64,000 nt of DNA from Armatimonadota bacterium (GTDB taxonomy: Bacteria > Armatimonadota > HRBIN16), in the NCBI GenBank assembly GCA_963677485.1, contig OY781964.1:2496001-2560000 (forward strand). Reading direction: 5' to 3'. Shown here piece by piece: positions 50,277 through 58,683 of this stretch. How positions within the stretch are numbered: the stretch's first letter is position 1; every line of letters starts with the position of its first letter. A model generated the notes under the pieces. The model was not told the origin of the DNA, did no database searches, and saw only the letters and a program-made list of their open reading frames with translations. A program made the position numbers and the translations under genes.

Positions 50277-51359
50277 CTACCTCCGCACACGCTGTACAAC
50301 CTGCTTCAGTAGCCAGGCCAGGGTATACATTTCGCTTTCGGGCACCACCTTCTCGGGGTACTTCAACCAGCTTTGCACGATATAGCGGCTGGGACGCCCC
50401 CCTATCTTTCGGTATTCGTCTACCATGTTCAGTGTGCCTTTACAGAACGCCTCGCTGCTGATGTTACCCCCTTCGCTGTTCACGATCAGCGAAAAGTCGA
50501 TATGCCGTGCCTTCACCATGCGTTCCAGTTCCAGTACCCGGGCCATCCAGTCGATTTTGGTCGGGTCTTTTTCGCCCCTGGGTGGGGCGTTTTTGTAGTG
50601 CATCCAAACAGCATGGTTGGCGGTGCCTTTGGCATATTCGTATGGGTTGTCGGCGGTCACGCCAGCAAATGGAACGCCCGCCTTACGGGCGGCATCGAGA
50701 ACGACGGGCAGCAATTCGGCCAGGTCGCCATTACACATGCCGTTACCTCTGTATGAGGTGTTACCCCTCCAACCCCAGTTTGGAAAGTTGGTCAACTCGA
50801 AGAATTTCATCTTCGGGAAGAGCTTACGCCACTCCTTCATATAGCCCACGATTTCGTCAGCCACCAAATGTATGTCGGTCATACCCGGGATGTCGTCCCT
50901 GCTCGCATCCTGGCCAGGATGCATGAGGCGGCGGATTGGGCCATCCATATTCAGGTAGCTGGGCACACCGCCCGCCTGAAACAGCTTGTCCATCTTCAGC
51001 ATCTCAGTCTGAGCGGTTGAGGCCCCCACACCTTTCTGCATGACAAGCCTTGGCTTGTCACCTTGAAGCACAGGTTTTGAGCCTTTCGTGTCCTTGAATA
51101 TCGGCTCCCAGTCGAAATAGCCACACTCAACGGCGATCTCCATACCCAGCTCATGAACCCGATCTACCACCCGTTTGATATCTTCATACGGCATGACGAA
51201 TGCGATGATGGTGATGTAGAACTCCAGACAGTCTAGCTGCTTGGCGGTCTCAGGCCAGCCGTCAGGTTGGTCCGTCAGTTGATTTGGCTGGTGATGCGCC
51301 ATCCACAAAGAAGGGCGGCGTCTGCTGCGCGATGTGGATTTCGGAATGTAAACCAACAT
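50277..51359 (-). CDS. Hypothetical protein, possible TIM-barrel hydrolase (paralog 1)
   Basis: Full-length paralog of 51515-52594; GGAG RBS before TTG/ATG. Confidence 0.75.
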   Translation of the reverse strand: MLVYIPKSTSRSRRRPSLWMAHHQPNQLTDQPDGWPETAKQLDCLEFYITIIAFVMPYEDIKRVVDRVHELGMEIAVECGYFDWEPIFKDTKGSKPVLQGDKPRLVMQKGVGASTAQTEMLKMDKLFQAGGVPSYLNMDGPIRRLMHPGQDASRDDIPGMTDIHLVADEIVGYMKEWRKLFPKMKFFELTNFPNWGWRGNTSYRGNGMCNGDLAELLPVVLDAARKAGVPFAGVTADNPYEYAKGTANHAVWMHYKNAPPRGEKDPTKIDWMARVLELERMVKARHIDFSLIVNSEGGNISSEAFCKGTLNMVDEYRKIGGRPSRYIVQSWLKYPEKVVPESEMYTLAWLLKQVVQRVRR

Positions 51360-51383
51360 GTTCTCCTAATAGAAGGGCGGCTG

Positions 51384-51468
51384 GTCGTAGGGGCCGTGCC
51401 TTGTGCCGGCCCTAAACAGCAATCGAATGAACACCGATTAGGGCGCCCACAAGGGGCGCCCCTACGAC
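51384..51468. repeat. GTAG-type REP doublet (REPIN)
   Basis: Right arm and part of the spacer nearly identical to 7750-7838. Confidence 0.88.
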
Positions 51469-51514
51469 AAGCATCAGTTACAGTGCGGGCTGCTGTGACC
51501 GCAAGGACGGGTGT

Positions 51515-52594
51515 TTACCGGCGGACGTGCTGCACAACCTGCTTGAACAGCCAGGAGAGTGTATACATCTCGCTTTCGGGTACCGCTTTTTCTGGGTATT
51601 TCAGCCAGCTTTGCACAATGTAGCGGGAAGGGCGTCCACCGATGGCTCTGTAATCATCCACCATTTTCAATGTCAGATCGCAGAACGCCTCGCTGCTGAC
51701 ATTGCCTCCCTGGCTGTTGACGATCAGGTTGAAGTCCATACGGCGTGCTTTGACCATCTTTTCGATGTCCAAAATGCGCGCCATCCAGTCTATCTTGCTC
51801 GGATCTTTTTCGCCTGTTGGAGGCGGAAGGTGGTAGTTCATGATGCCATCGTGGTCTGCAGTCCCCTTGGCATACTCGTAGGGGTTATCCACAGTCACGC
51901 CGGCAAAAGGCACACCAGCTCGCTTCGCCGCATCTAGAACCACTGGCAGCACCACGGCGAAGTCGCCATTGGCCATACCGGAATTACGGTATGAGGAATT
52001 GCCTTTCCAGCCCCAGTTGGGGAAATTGCTGAGCTCAAAGAACTTGATTTTCGGAAAGCTCTTGCGCCATTCTTTGAGGTAGTCTACAATTTCCGCGGCC
52101 ACCTCGTTGATATCGGTAAGGCCAGGGATATCTTCCTTGCCCACATCCTGGCCGGGATGCATGAGCCGACGGATAGGGCCGTCCATGTTCAGGTAACTGG
52201 GCACCCCGCCCGCCTTCAGCAGCATATCGATTTTGGCGATCTCCGTTTGAGCTGTGATCCTGCCCACACCTCGCTTCATAGGTTGGCGTGGTTTGTCGTT
52301 GATGCCTTTTGGGTTGGGTTCTTTGAAGTCGCTGCGAGTGGCTTCCCAATCGAAATAGCCGCACTCGATGGCGATCTCCATACCCAGCTCGTTCACCTTA
52401 TCTACCACACGCTTGATGTCCTCGTATGGTGAAATAAACGCCAATGTGTTGATGTAGAACTCCAGGCAATCCAGCTCCTTAGCCGTCACTGGCCATCCTT
52501 CAGGCTGGTCGGTGAGTTGGCTGGGTTTGAAGTGGGCCATCCACAGGCCAGGACGCCGCTTGCTTCGCGGTGTAGATTTGGGCAAATAGACCAA
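51515..52594 (-). CDS. Hypothetical protein, possible TIM-barrel hydrolase (paralog 2)
   Basis: Shared LDCLEFY, ECGYFDW, YLNMDGP, NFPNWGW, YIVQSW motifs. Confidence 0.75.
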   Translation of the reverse strand: MVYLPKSTPRSKRRPGLWMAHFKPSQLTDQPEGWPVTAKELDCLEFYINTLAFISPYEDIKRVVDKVNELGMEIAIECGYFDWEATRSDFKEPNPKGINDKPRQPMKRGVGRITAQTEIAKIDMLLKAGGVPSYLNMDGPIRRLMHPGQDVGKEDIPGLTDINEVAAEIVDYLKEWRKSFPKIKFFELSNFPNWGWKGNSSYRNSGMANGDFAVVLPVVLDAAKRAGVPFAGVTVDNPYEYAKGTADHDGIMNYHLPPPTGEKDPSKIDWMARILDIEKMVKARRMDFNLIVNSQGGNVSSEAFCDLTLKMVDDYRAIGGRPSRYIVQSWLKYPEKAVPESEMYTLSWLFKQVVQHVRR

Positions 52595-52603
52595 GATATG
52601 CTC

Positions 52604-53623
52604 CTATAGGTTCCAGTTGATGGGGCGAGTGGCTCCGTCGTCGATACTCAAAGTGGCTGCCGTGGCACCCTCGGCTGGTGTGAAGGGCAGACGCACCGTC
52701 ACCTGCTGACCTGGCTTAACTGAGGGTTCAATATACCGATCTGCGCCTACAGCCCAGAACGTGCCATCATATCCCCACTCACCGCCATCTGTATCAATGA
52801 GGGTACACGTTAACAAGCTCCCATAGAGCTTCTCTTCTGCCTTCGTTATGTTTGTGAGGGTTGCCGTAACAAAATACTTCGCGCCCTCTTCTTCGGTTGC
52901 CGGTTTCATAGACACTGAGTCCAGGCGTATCGAGAAAGTTTGCAGGGGTATAAAGTCACCACCGATTTTCGCAGCGATACGCTTATATGGAGTATATCCT
53001 TTGGGATCTTTGGGATCCGCGAACTGCGTTGGAAGGGGCTTTACCTTGCCGATGAGATTATACCGAAGCACTGTGCGGTCGCTGGCGACGAACATCAGTT
53101 TTGGTATTTCTTCTGAAGCAGGCACAGAGATGAGCAGTCGGGCATTCACCTTCTGACCAGGTTTGAGTATCTGGTCCAGCGTGGTGGATGTCTCTTCGAT
53201 CACCCATCGGTCAGTTTGCTCCCAGTTGCTGTTCTTGCTGTCTACGGCAGTGACATCCAGCAGTCCACCATGTGCATACAGGTCGGCGGCGTTTGGGTTT
53301 TGTATGGTCAGATGTACCACCATCAGTTTCTTAGCGGCTTCTGCGACATAGGTCAAGTTGTCCAGATAAGCAGGTCCGATGACGTATTCGATGCTGTTGA
53401 CGGTGACATTGACAGTGTCCGTCTTGCCTATGGTGTATGTGAGTCCAAACTGGGCGTTCTGGCCATCTAGCTGGGTTGTTCCTTTGACAACGCGGGCTGG
53501 CTGTTTGGTCTGTGTCTTGACTACCGGGGTTTTGGGTTTGGGTTTAGGTTTGGGTTTAGGTTTCGCGGCCAAAATTGGCATGGCACATAGCAGGCAACAG
53601 GAGATTAACATAAGACGGCGCAT
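52604..53623 (-). CDS. Secreted protein with two DUF4352-like Ig-fold domains
   Basis: Signal peptide, KP-repeat linker, two ..KPGQ.V.. domains. Confidence 0.65.
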   Translation of the reverse strand: MRRLMLISCCLLCAMPILAAKPKPKPKPKPKTPVVKTQTKQPARVVKGTTQLDGQNAQFGLTYTIGKTDTVNVTVNSIEYVIGPAYLDNLTYVAEAAKKLMVVHLTIQNPNAADLYAHGGLLDVTAVDSKNSNWEQTDRWVIEETSTTLDQILKPGQKVNARLLISVPASEEIPKLMFVASDRTVLRYNLIGKVKPLPTQFADPKDPKGYTPYKRIAAKIGGDFIPLQTFSIRLDSVSMKPATEEEGAKYFVTATLTNITKAEEKLYGSLLTCTLIDTDGGEWGYDGTFWAVGADRYIEPSVKPGQQVTVRLPFTPAEGATAATLSIDDGATRPINWNL

Positions 53624-53786
53624 CGATACACCTCCAGTGATAGTAAGCCGAAATAGTAAGACCGGACTCTCCTAACCCAATTGTAGCCCATCTGAACCAC
53701 ATATTGCGACCGAAATGTGCTCAATTTGAACCAGTGAGCAATATCTGCAATACTATCCACAGAACAAAACCTTAAGGAAGCGAACA

Positions 53787-55166
53787 ATGCCAACAATACG
53801 CCCGTCCGATAACGGAAGAGCATGCATCAATCCTGCGATGGGCTGGACGATGCACTTCTACAGCAATGTGCCGTCCAACTACGGCTCGCAACTGGAACCA
53901 TCGGATACACTGGATGATTTTCCAGGTCTCAGCACGGTCTATCTGCGCATCCCGTGGGCTTTTCTGGAGCCTGTTGAGGGGCAGTTCAACTGGGCACTGT
54001 TGGACACACCCGCCCAGCGGTGGATCAGCAAAGGTAAAAAGATCGCGTTGAGGCTCACCACCAGCGAGAACTGGGTTCGGTTCGCCACGCCGGAGTGGGT
54101 ATTCAAAGCGGGGGCCAAAGCGGTGCCCTGCACCTTCGGCAAAGGGCCTGATCCCAACGGACCCTTTGTGGACCCTGTGTTTGATGACCCGATCTACTTG
54201 AAAAAGCTGGAGGCTTTCTTGATGGCCGCCGGTGCGCGCTATGGCAACAACAAGAATGTGGAGTTCATCGATGTGGGCACGTATGGGATGTGGGGCGAAG
54301 GCCACACCTTCATGAGCAGCCAGTTCCCTGTCAAACGCCAGATGAGCTGCCTCAAAAAGCACATCGCGCTGCACAAGAAGGCCTTTCCCAACATCCAACT
54401 AGTCATCAGCGATGATGTGGCCGGCCCGCAGACGCCCGGCTACCATATGCCGGAGACCGACTACGCATTATCCCAAGGTGTGGGTTTGCGTGACGACAGC
54501 ATTCTGGTGCAGCCGCCGCCCAACAGTTGGTACCATGCGCAAATGGCGCAGGCCTTCTGGCCAAAATACCCTGTTGTGATTGAGCATGAGCACTACGGCG
54601 GGAGCAAAGACCGCGGGGCCTGGAATAAGTCGCTGTTGTTGAAGTCGGTAGAGGACTATCACGGCAGCTTCATGAGCATCCACTGGTGGCCGCGTATCGA
54701 ACTTGATGAAAACAGGGATGTCATTGAACGCATCAACCTGCGGATGGGTTACCGGCTGCAACTGCGAAAACTTGTGCTGCCAGATTCGGTGAGCATCGGA
54801 GAGTGGTTCCAGGTCGAAAGCAGCTGGGCAAACGCAGGCGTGGCACCTTGCTACCCGGGTGGGTTCATGGCACTGACCCTCAAAGATGACAAGGACGGCA
54901 TCGTGTCTGTGATGGTGGATGAGGGGCTCGATATGCGCAGTCTGCAGGTAGCAAAACCGAAGCAGGCAGCCGAAGTGAGCCACCAGGCGCGATTTGCTGT
55001 TGGGTTGATCGCACCCACCACGAAGGCGGGCACTTACAGCCTGTGGGTGAGTGTGGGCCAGCGTGACGGAACCCCTGTGATGGAGCTGCCGCTAGACGGC
55101 TCAGACGGTGCCAAGCGCTACCGTATTGGCGAATTACAAGTCACTGGTACCCAAAAAGGCTGGTAG
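53787..55166 (+). CDS. DUF4832 domain putative glycoside hydrolase (clan GH-A-like)
   Basis: INPAMGW, W..LEP.EG.FNW, GMWGEGH, MGYRL, NAGVAP motifs. Confidence 0.8.
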   Translation: MPTIRPSDNGRACINPAMGWTMHFYSNVPSNYGSQLEPSDTLDDFPGLSTVYLRIPWAFLEPVEGQFNWALLDTPAQRWISKGKKIALRLTTSENWVRFATPEWVFKAGAKAVPCTFGKGPDPNGPFVDPVFDDPIYLKKLEAFLMAAGARYGNNKNVEFIDVGTYGMWGEGHTFMSSQFPVKRQMSCLKKHIALHKKAFPNIQLVISDDVAGPQTPGYHMPETDYALSQGVGLRDDSILVQPPPNSWYHAQMAQAFWPKYPVVIEHEHYGGSKDRGAWNKSLLLKSVEDYHGSFMSIHWWPRIELDENRDVIERINLRMGYRLQLRKLVLPDSVSIGEWFQVESSWANAGVAPCYPGGFMALTLKDDKDGIVSVMVDEGLDMRSLQVAKPKQAAEVSHQARFAVGLIAPTTKAGTYSLWVSVGQRDGTPVMELPLDGSDGAKRYRIGELQVTGTQKGW

Positions 55167-55214
55167 ATTTGTCCGTGATTGGACGGATCGGTCTGATCCG
55201 TCCAATCCGTCCGA

Positions 55215-56123
55215 TCACCGTGCAGGCGGCAGAAAATCATACCCCTCAAGAGCTTGGTCAATCGCACTGCGATGCTCATTCGTGAACAGTTCCGAGGCGT
55301 GTGCGCGCATGGTCGTGCCGATTCGCAGCCCTCTTTTGCCCAGAATGTATTTGGCACTGGAAGGGTATTTATTCGCATTCATCAATTCATGCACTGCCAT
55401 CATGGCTTCAAACACCTTTTGACGGTATGCTTCGTCTGTGATGGCTTTGTCGCAATAGGCCGCGCAAAGTTCCGGACACGGGTTGGCGATCACTCCACAA
55501 TGGCCAAATCCACCTGCCTGCAAAGTGTCTGGCGTATACCGGATGTTGGCCTCGAAAATGCGCAGTGAGGAACCCGCGGCTCGCTGCACCTTCTTCACGC
55601 ACATGGACAGATCGCCGATGGTATCTTTCATGAAGATATAACGGTTGGAGTCCGCCAGAACGCCGATCTGCTTATCATCCAGCACACGATGCGTCGGGAC
55701 GGGGCACTCGTATAACCCCAACGGCACAGGGGTGAGCTCCGCCAGCTTGAGCAGTTGACCCACCAGATCATCGGCTTGCGGCAGGTTGGAGATGAGCACC
55801 ACTGCCGCATCAACCCCAGTGTCATACATCAACTCCAACTCCCTGGCCTGCTTCTGCAGAGTAGCCCCAAAGTTGGCTCCAGCGACGATGGCGATACGTC
55901 CATTCGCCTGTTTGACCACACGGCGGGCAAGTTCGAGGCGTTCCTCGGTAGATAGGGTGAACACCTCACCAGACAAACAGTCTGCGAACAACGCACTTAC
56001 CCCGGCTTGAATGTAAAACTCCACTAACTCATCCAGAGCCTCGTAATCAACCTGACCATCGGCTCGGAACGGGGTTAGCAAGACAGGAATGGCCCCATGG
56101 GCGACGGCGCTTATCTGATGCAT
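55215..56123 (-). CDS. Dihydrodipicolinate synthase family aldolase/dehydratase
   Basis: LTPF..DG.VD, LSGE, LYECP, KDT Schiff-base lysine. Confidence 0.9.
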   Translation of the reverse strand: MHQISAVAHGAIPVLLTPFRADGQVDYEALDELVEFYIQAGVSALFADCLSGEVFTLSTEERLELARRVVKQANGRIAIVAGANFGATLQKQARELELMYDTGVDAAVVLISNLPQADDLVGQLLKLAELTPVPLGLYECPVPTHRVLDDKQIGVLADSNRYIFMKDTIGDLSMCVKKVQRAAGSSLRIFEANIRYTPDTLQAGGFGHCGVIANPCPELCAAYCDKAITDEAYRQKVFEAMMAVHELMNANKYPSSAKYILGKRGLRIGTTMRAHASELFTNEHRSAIDQALEGYDFLPPAR

Positions 56124-56197
56124 CTGTATACTCCCAACGTGTATATTAAGTGGTTCGGATAGACGGCTTGTATCTCTATTATGCCCACGTGATGTAA

Positions 56198-56818
56198 CTA
56201 AAAGGTATGATCGGCGTCATACGATGCTCCCTGTGAAGCAGTGAGTGGGAATTCATGTTCAACAGTGAAAGTGTTACCCGTAGGATGGAACAAACTGCTC
56301 ATCAAAGATACCCTGTTGAGCTCGACCGGTGGGAGATGAGGATACCGAAATGGGCTCATTATGCCCGCTATGATTTGCGACGGCGCATCGTGACGAAGAC
56401 GAGCCAACGTGATATGGGGTGCGAATAGTAGTCCTTGTTTTAGCTCGAACGGAGCCAGCGCATGATCGATAGACTGATGCAGCGAAGCGAGGAGCTCACC
56501 ATTCAGGTTTGGCTCCAGCCAGATCATCCGACCGAAATGCAGCAGAATGTGATCGAAATTCACCAGGAATGGGGACGAATCAGAGAGTGATTTGCTCAAT
56601 GCATCCACCAGATCGTCATACCGTTCGTTTGGGAACTCACCGATGAACCTCAGGGTGACATGCAGCTTTTCCTCGGGCTCCCAACGCGCGCTGGATGGAG
56701 GTATGACTTCGTTGATACTCTGCTGAAGATGTACGATCGCAGCTTTGTGGGCTTTTCCGGCTTCGTCATCCGGTAGTTTCCAGGCCACAAACAGCCGAAG
56801 AGGCTTATCCTCACACAT
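56198..56818 (-). CDS. thpR: RNA 2',3'-cyclic phosphodiesterase
   Basis: RLFVA plus the two 2H motifs HVTL and HITL. Confidence 0.9.
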   Translation of the reverse strand: MCEDKPLRLFVAWKLPDDEAGKAHKAAIVHLQQSINEVIPPSSARWEPEEKLHVTLRFIGEFPNERYDDLVDALSKSLSDSSPFLVNFDHILLHFGRMIWLEPNLNGELLASLHQSIDHALAPFELKQGLLFAPHITLARLRHDAPSQIIAGIMSPFRYPHLPPVELNRVSLMSSLFHPTGNTFTVEHEFPLTASQGASYDADHTF

Positions 56819-58010
56819 CCTGCTGCCCCCTCAACTGCATCACGTGAGCAGCGATGAACATAGCACTCAGGCACAAGATTCCGAATGTCAACAACCAGGT
56901 GACCTCCAACTGGCCATGACCCAACCAGTCGCCCATCGCGGCCAAACCGGCCCCCAATGCCGATCCAGCAGCGACCACACCTTCATGAATACCGGCATGG
57001 CGACCGCGGGTACGGCTGCCCACCAGCGAATAGAACAGCGACATCTGAATGGTCATCGCCACACTTCCGCCAAACAATAGCTGGCAAAGCACTTGAAGCC
57101 AGAGGGTGTGTGACATCATCACACCCGTGAAGGCGATCACCATCATGGTGAAACAGCCCAGCATCACATTGATGCGAAACTGCCACCCATTCCAGCAGCG
57201 GAACAGCCAGAAAGTGATCATACGCATAAAGAACCAGGCACTTAGCCAGCTTGAGGCCACTGCAAATTGCAAACCTAGTTGTTTGGCAATGACCGGGTTG
57301 CAGGGGTTGATCACGTTGATCATGAGGTAGGCGCAGGGATTGGCTATCCAACCGATATGCCGGAATATCCTCCGACACCGCTCCGGCACATCCTCACCCA
57401 GTGAGCTGGTGATACTGTGCTCTGCTTCAGGGATGCTCTGAATACGCCCCACACTGCTCAGTGTGGCGGCACAGTTGATGCACAGACAGAGCAGCGGAAT
57501 GATGAATAGCGCAGGGGGGCCATACGAGCTGATCAGCGGTGTGATGACAAAGAAAGCGACTGAGGAGGCACTGCTCCAACTGATGTTGAACGCGGAGACA
57601 TATTTTTGTGTGTTTTGGGCGTCCTCGCCGCGGGTCAGGCTGCTTTGTACCGAGGTGAACACGCAGCCTTGAAACAGTGCGGTGAAGATGACTGCCATGA
57701 ACAGATTCCAGCCTGCGGGCGCCGTCAACCCCAGCAGTGCCCCCACACTGAGGCCAGTGTAGCCAATCAGCATAGTGCGTTTGGCACCCAGCCGCTGCAC
57801 CCCGCGACCGCCCGCAAGCGAGCCTGCGATGCTCAGCAGTCCCACCAGCATCTGCACCAGTGCGATGCGCCATATCGGCCAGTGCAGCACGTGCCGCGAA
57901 TAGAACGGCTGGCCGAACATGAGCAGGGTACATGCGAAACTCTGGCAGACCTCAATAAGCAGCAGGGGCCATTTAGTCGGGCGTCTTGGCTCAGTCGCAA
58001 GGATGCTCAT
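56811..58010 (-). CDS. MFS transporter
   Basis: About 12 TM segments; GRGVQRLGAKR loop motif. Confidence 0.85.
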   Translation of the reverse strand: MSILATEPRRPTKWPLLLIEVCQSFACTLLMFGQPFYSRHVLHWPIWRIALVQMLVGLLSIAGSLAGGRGVQRLGAKRTMLIGYTGLSVGALLGLTAPAGWNLFMAVIFTALFQGCVFTSVQSSLTRGEDAQNTQKYVSAFNISWSSASSVAFFVITPLISSYGPPALFIIPLLCLCINCAATLSSVGRIQSIPEAEHSITSSLGEDVPERCRRIFRHIGWIANPCAYLMINVINPCNPVIAKQLGLQFAVASSWLSAWFFMRMITFWLFRCWNGWQFRINVMLGCFTMMVIAFTGVMMSHTLWLQVLCQLLFGGSVAMTIQMSLFYSLVGSRTRGRHAGIHEGVVAAGSALGAGLAAMGDWLGHGQLEVTWLLTFGILCLSAMFIAAHVMQLRGQQDV

Positions 58011-58092
58011 GGGTATATCTTAACTGACATATGTGACAGATGCAAAACGTGGGTATCGTGCCTGAATGGGGGAGTCTTCCGGTTGGCCATCC

Positions 58093-58614
58093 CATCCGCG
58101 TTCATCCGTGTCCATCCGTGGTTAAGGCAATCTGAGTCATCTGCGTAATCTGTGGATGAACCTTCCTTTGTGTTTTGTTCTCTCCGTGCCAATCGCTGCC
58201 TGCCAGGAACCAGACCGGCGCGGTCTTGCACCCTCTGAAGACGCGAACCAACCGCCAGACCGCCCCGGACATAGCCAAACGGGCTGCGGTTGCGCACCCC
58301 ATCCGCGTTCATCTGTGTTCATCCGTGGTCAAGACAATCTGTGTCATCGGCGTAATCTGTGGATGAACCTTCCTCTTTGCGTTATGGATCTTTCCGTGCC
58401 AATCACCGCCTGCCAGGAACCAGACCGGCGCGGTCTTGCACCCTCTGAAGCAGCAAACCAACCGCCAGACCGCCCCGGACATAGCCAAACGGGCTGCGGT
58501 TGCGCACCCCATCCGCGTTCATCTGTGTTCATCCGTGGTTAGGAATATCTGTGTAATCCGCGTAATCTGTGGATGAACCTTCCCCTTCCCGTTCTTCGCG
58601 TCTCCGCGTGAGAC
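58093..58614. repeat. Composite repeat containing two ~207-210-bp tandem units
   Basis: TAATCTGTGGATGAACCTTCC at 58146, 58353 and 58563; near-identical internal sequence; ends in CGCGTGAGAC. Confidence 0.92.
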
Positions 58615-58683
58615 CATACCAACGCCTGCACGACGGGCGATGAGCGTGTATAATGACGCTAGTTTATCACCGGAGGTGCCTCT

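Noticed and set aside
53525-53566. GGTTT(A/G) hexamer tandem repeat
   Set aside because: It encodes the KPKPKP linker of a secreted protein; an ordinary coding repeat.
58093-58614. CRISPR or TIGR-like array (also considered at 3821-4092 and 1372-1445)
   Set aside because: Only two long units with near-identical 'spacers', or contiguous 9-mers with no spacers; no cas or tas gene in the window.
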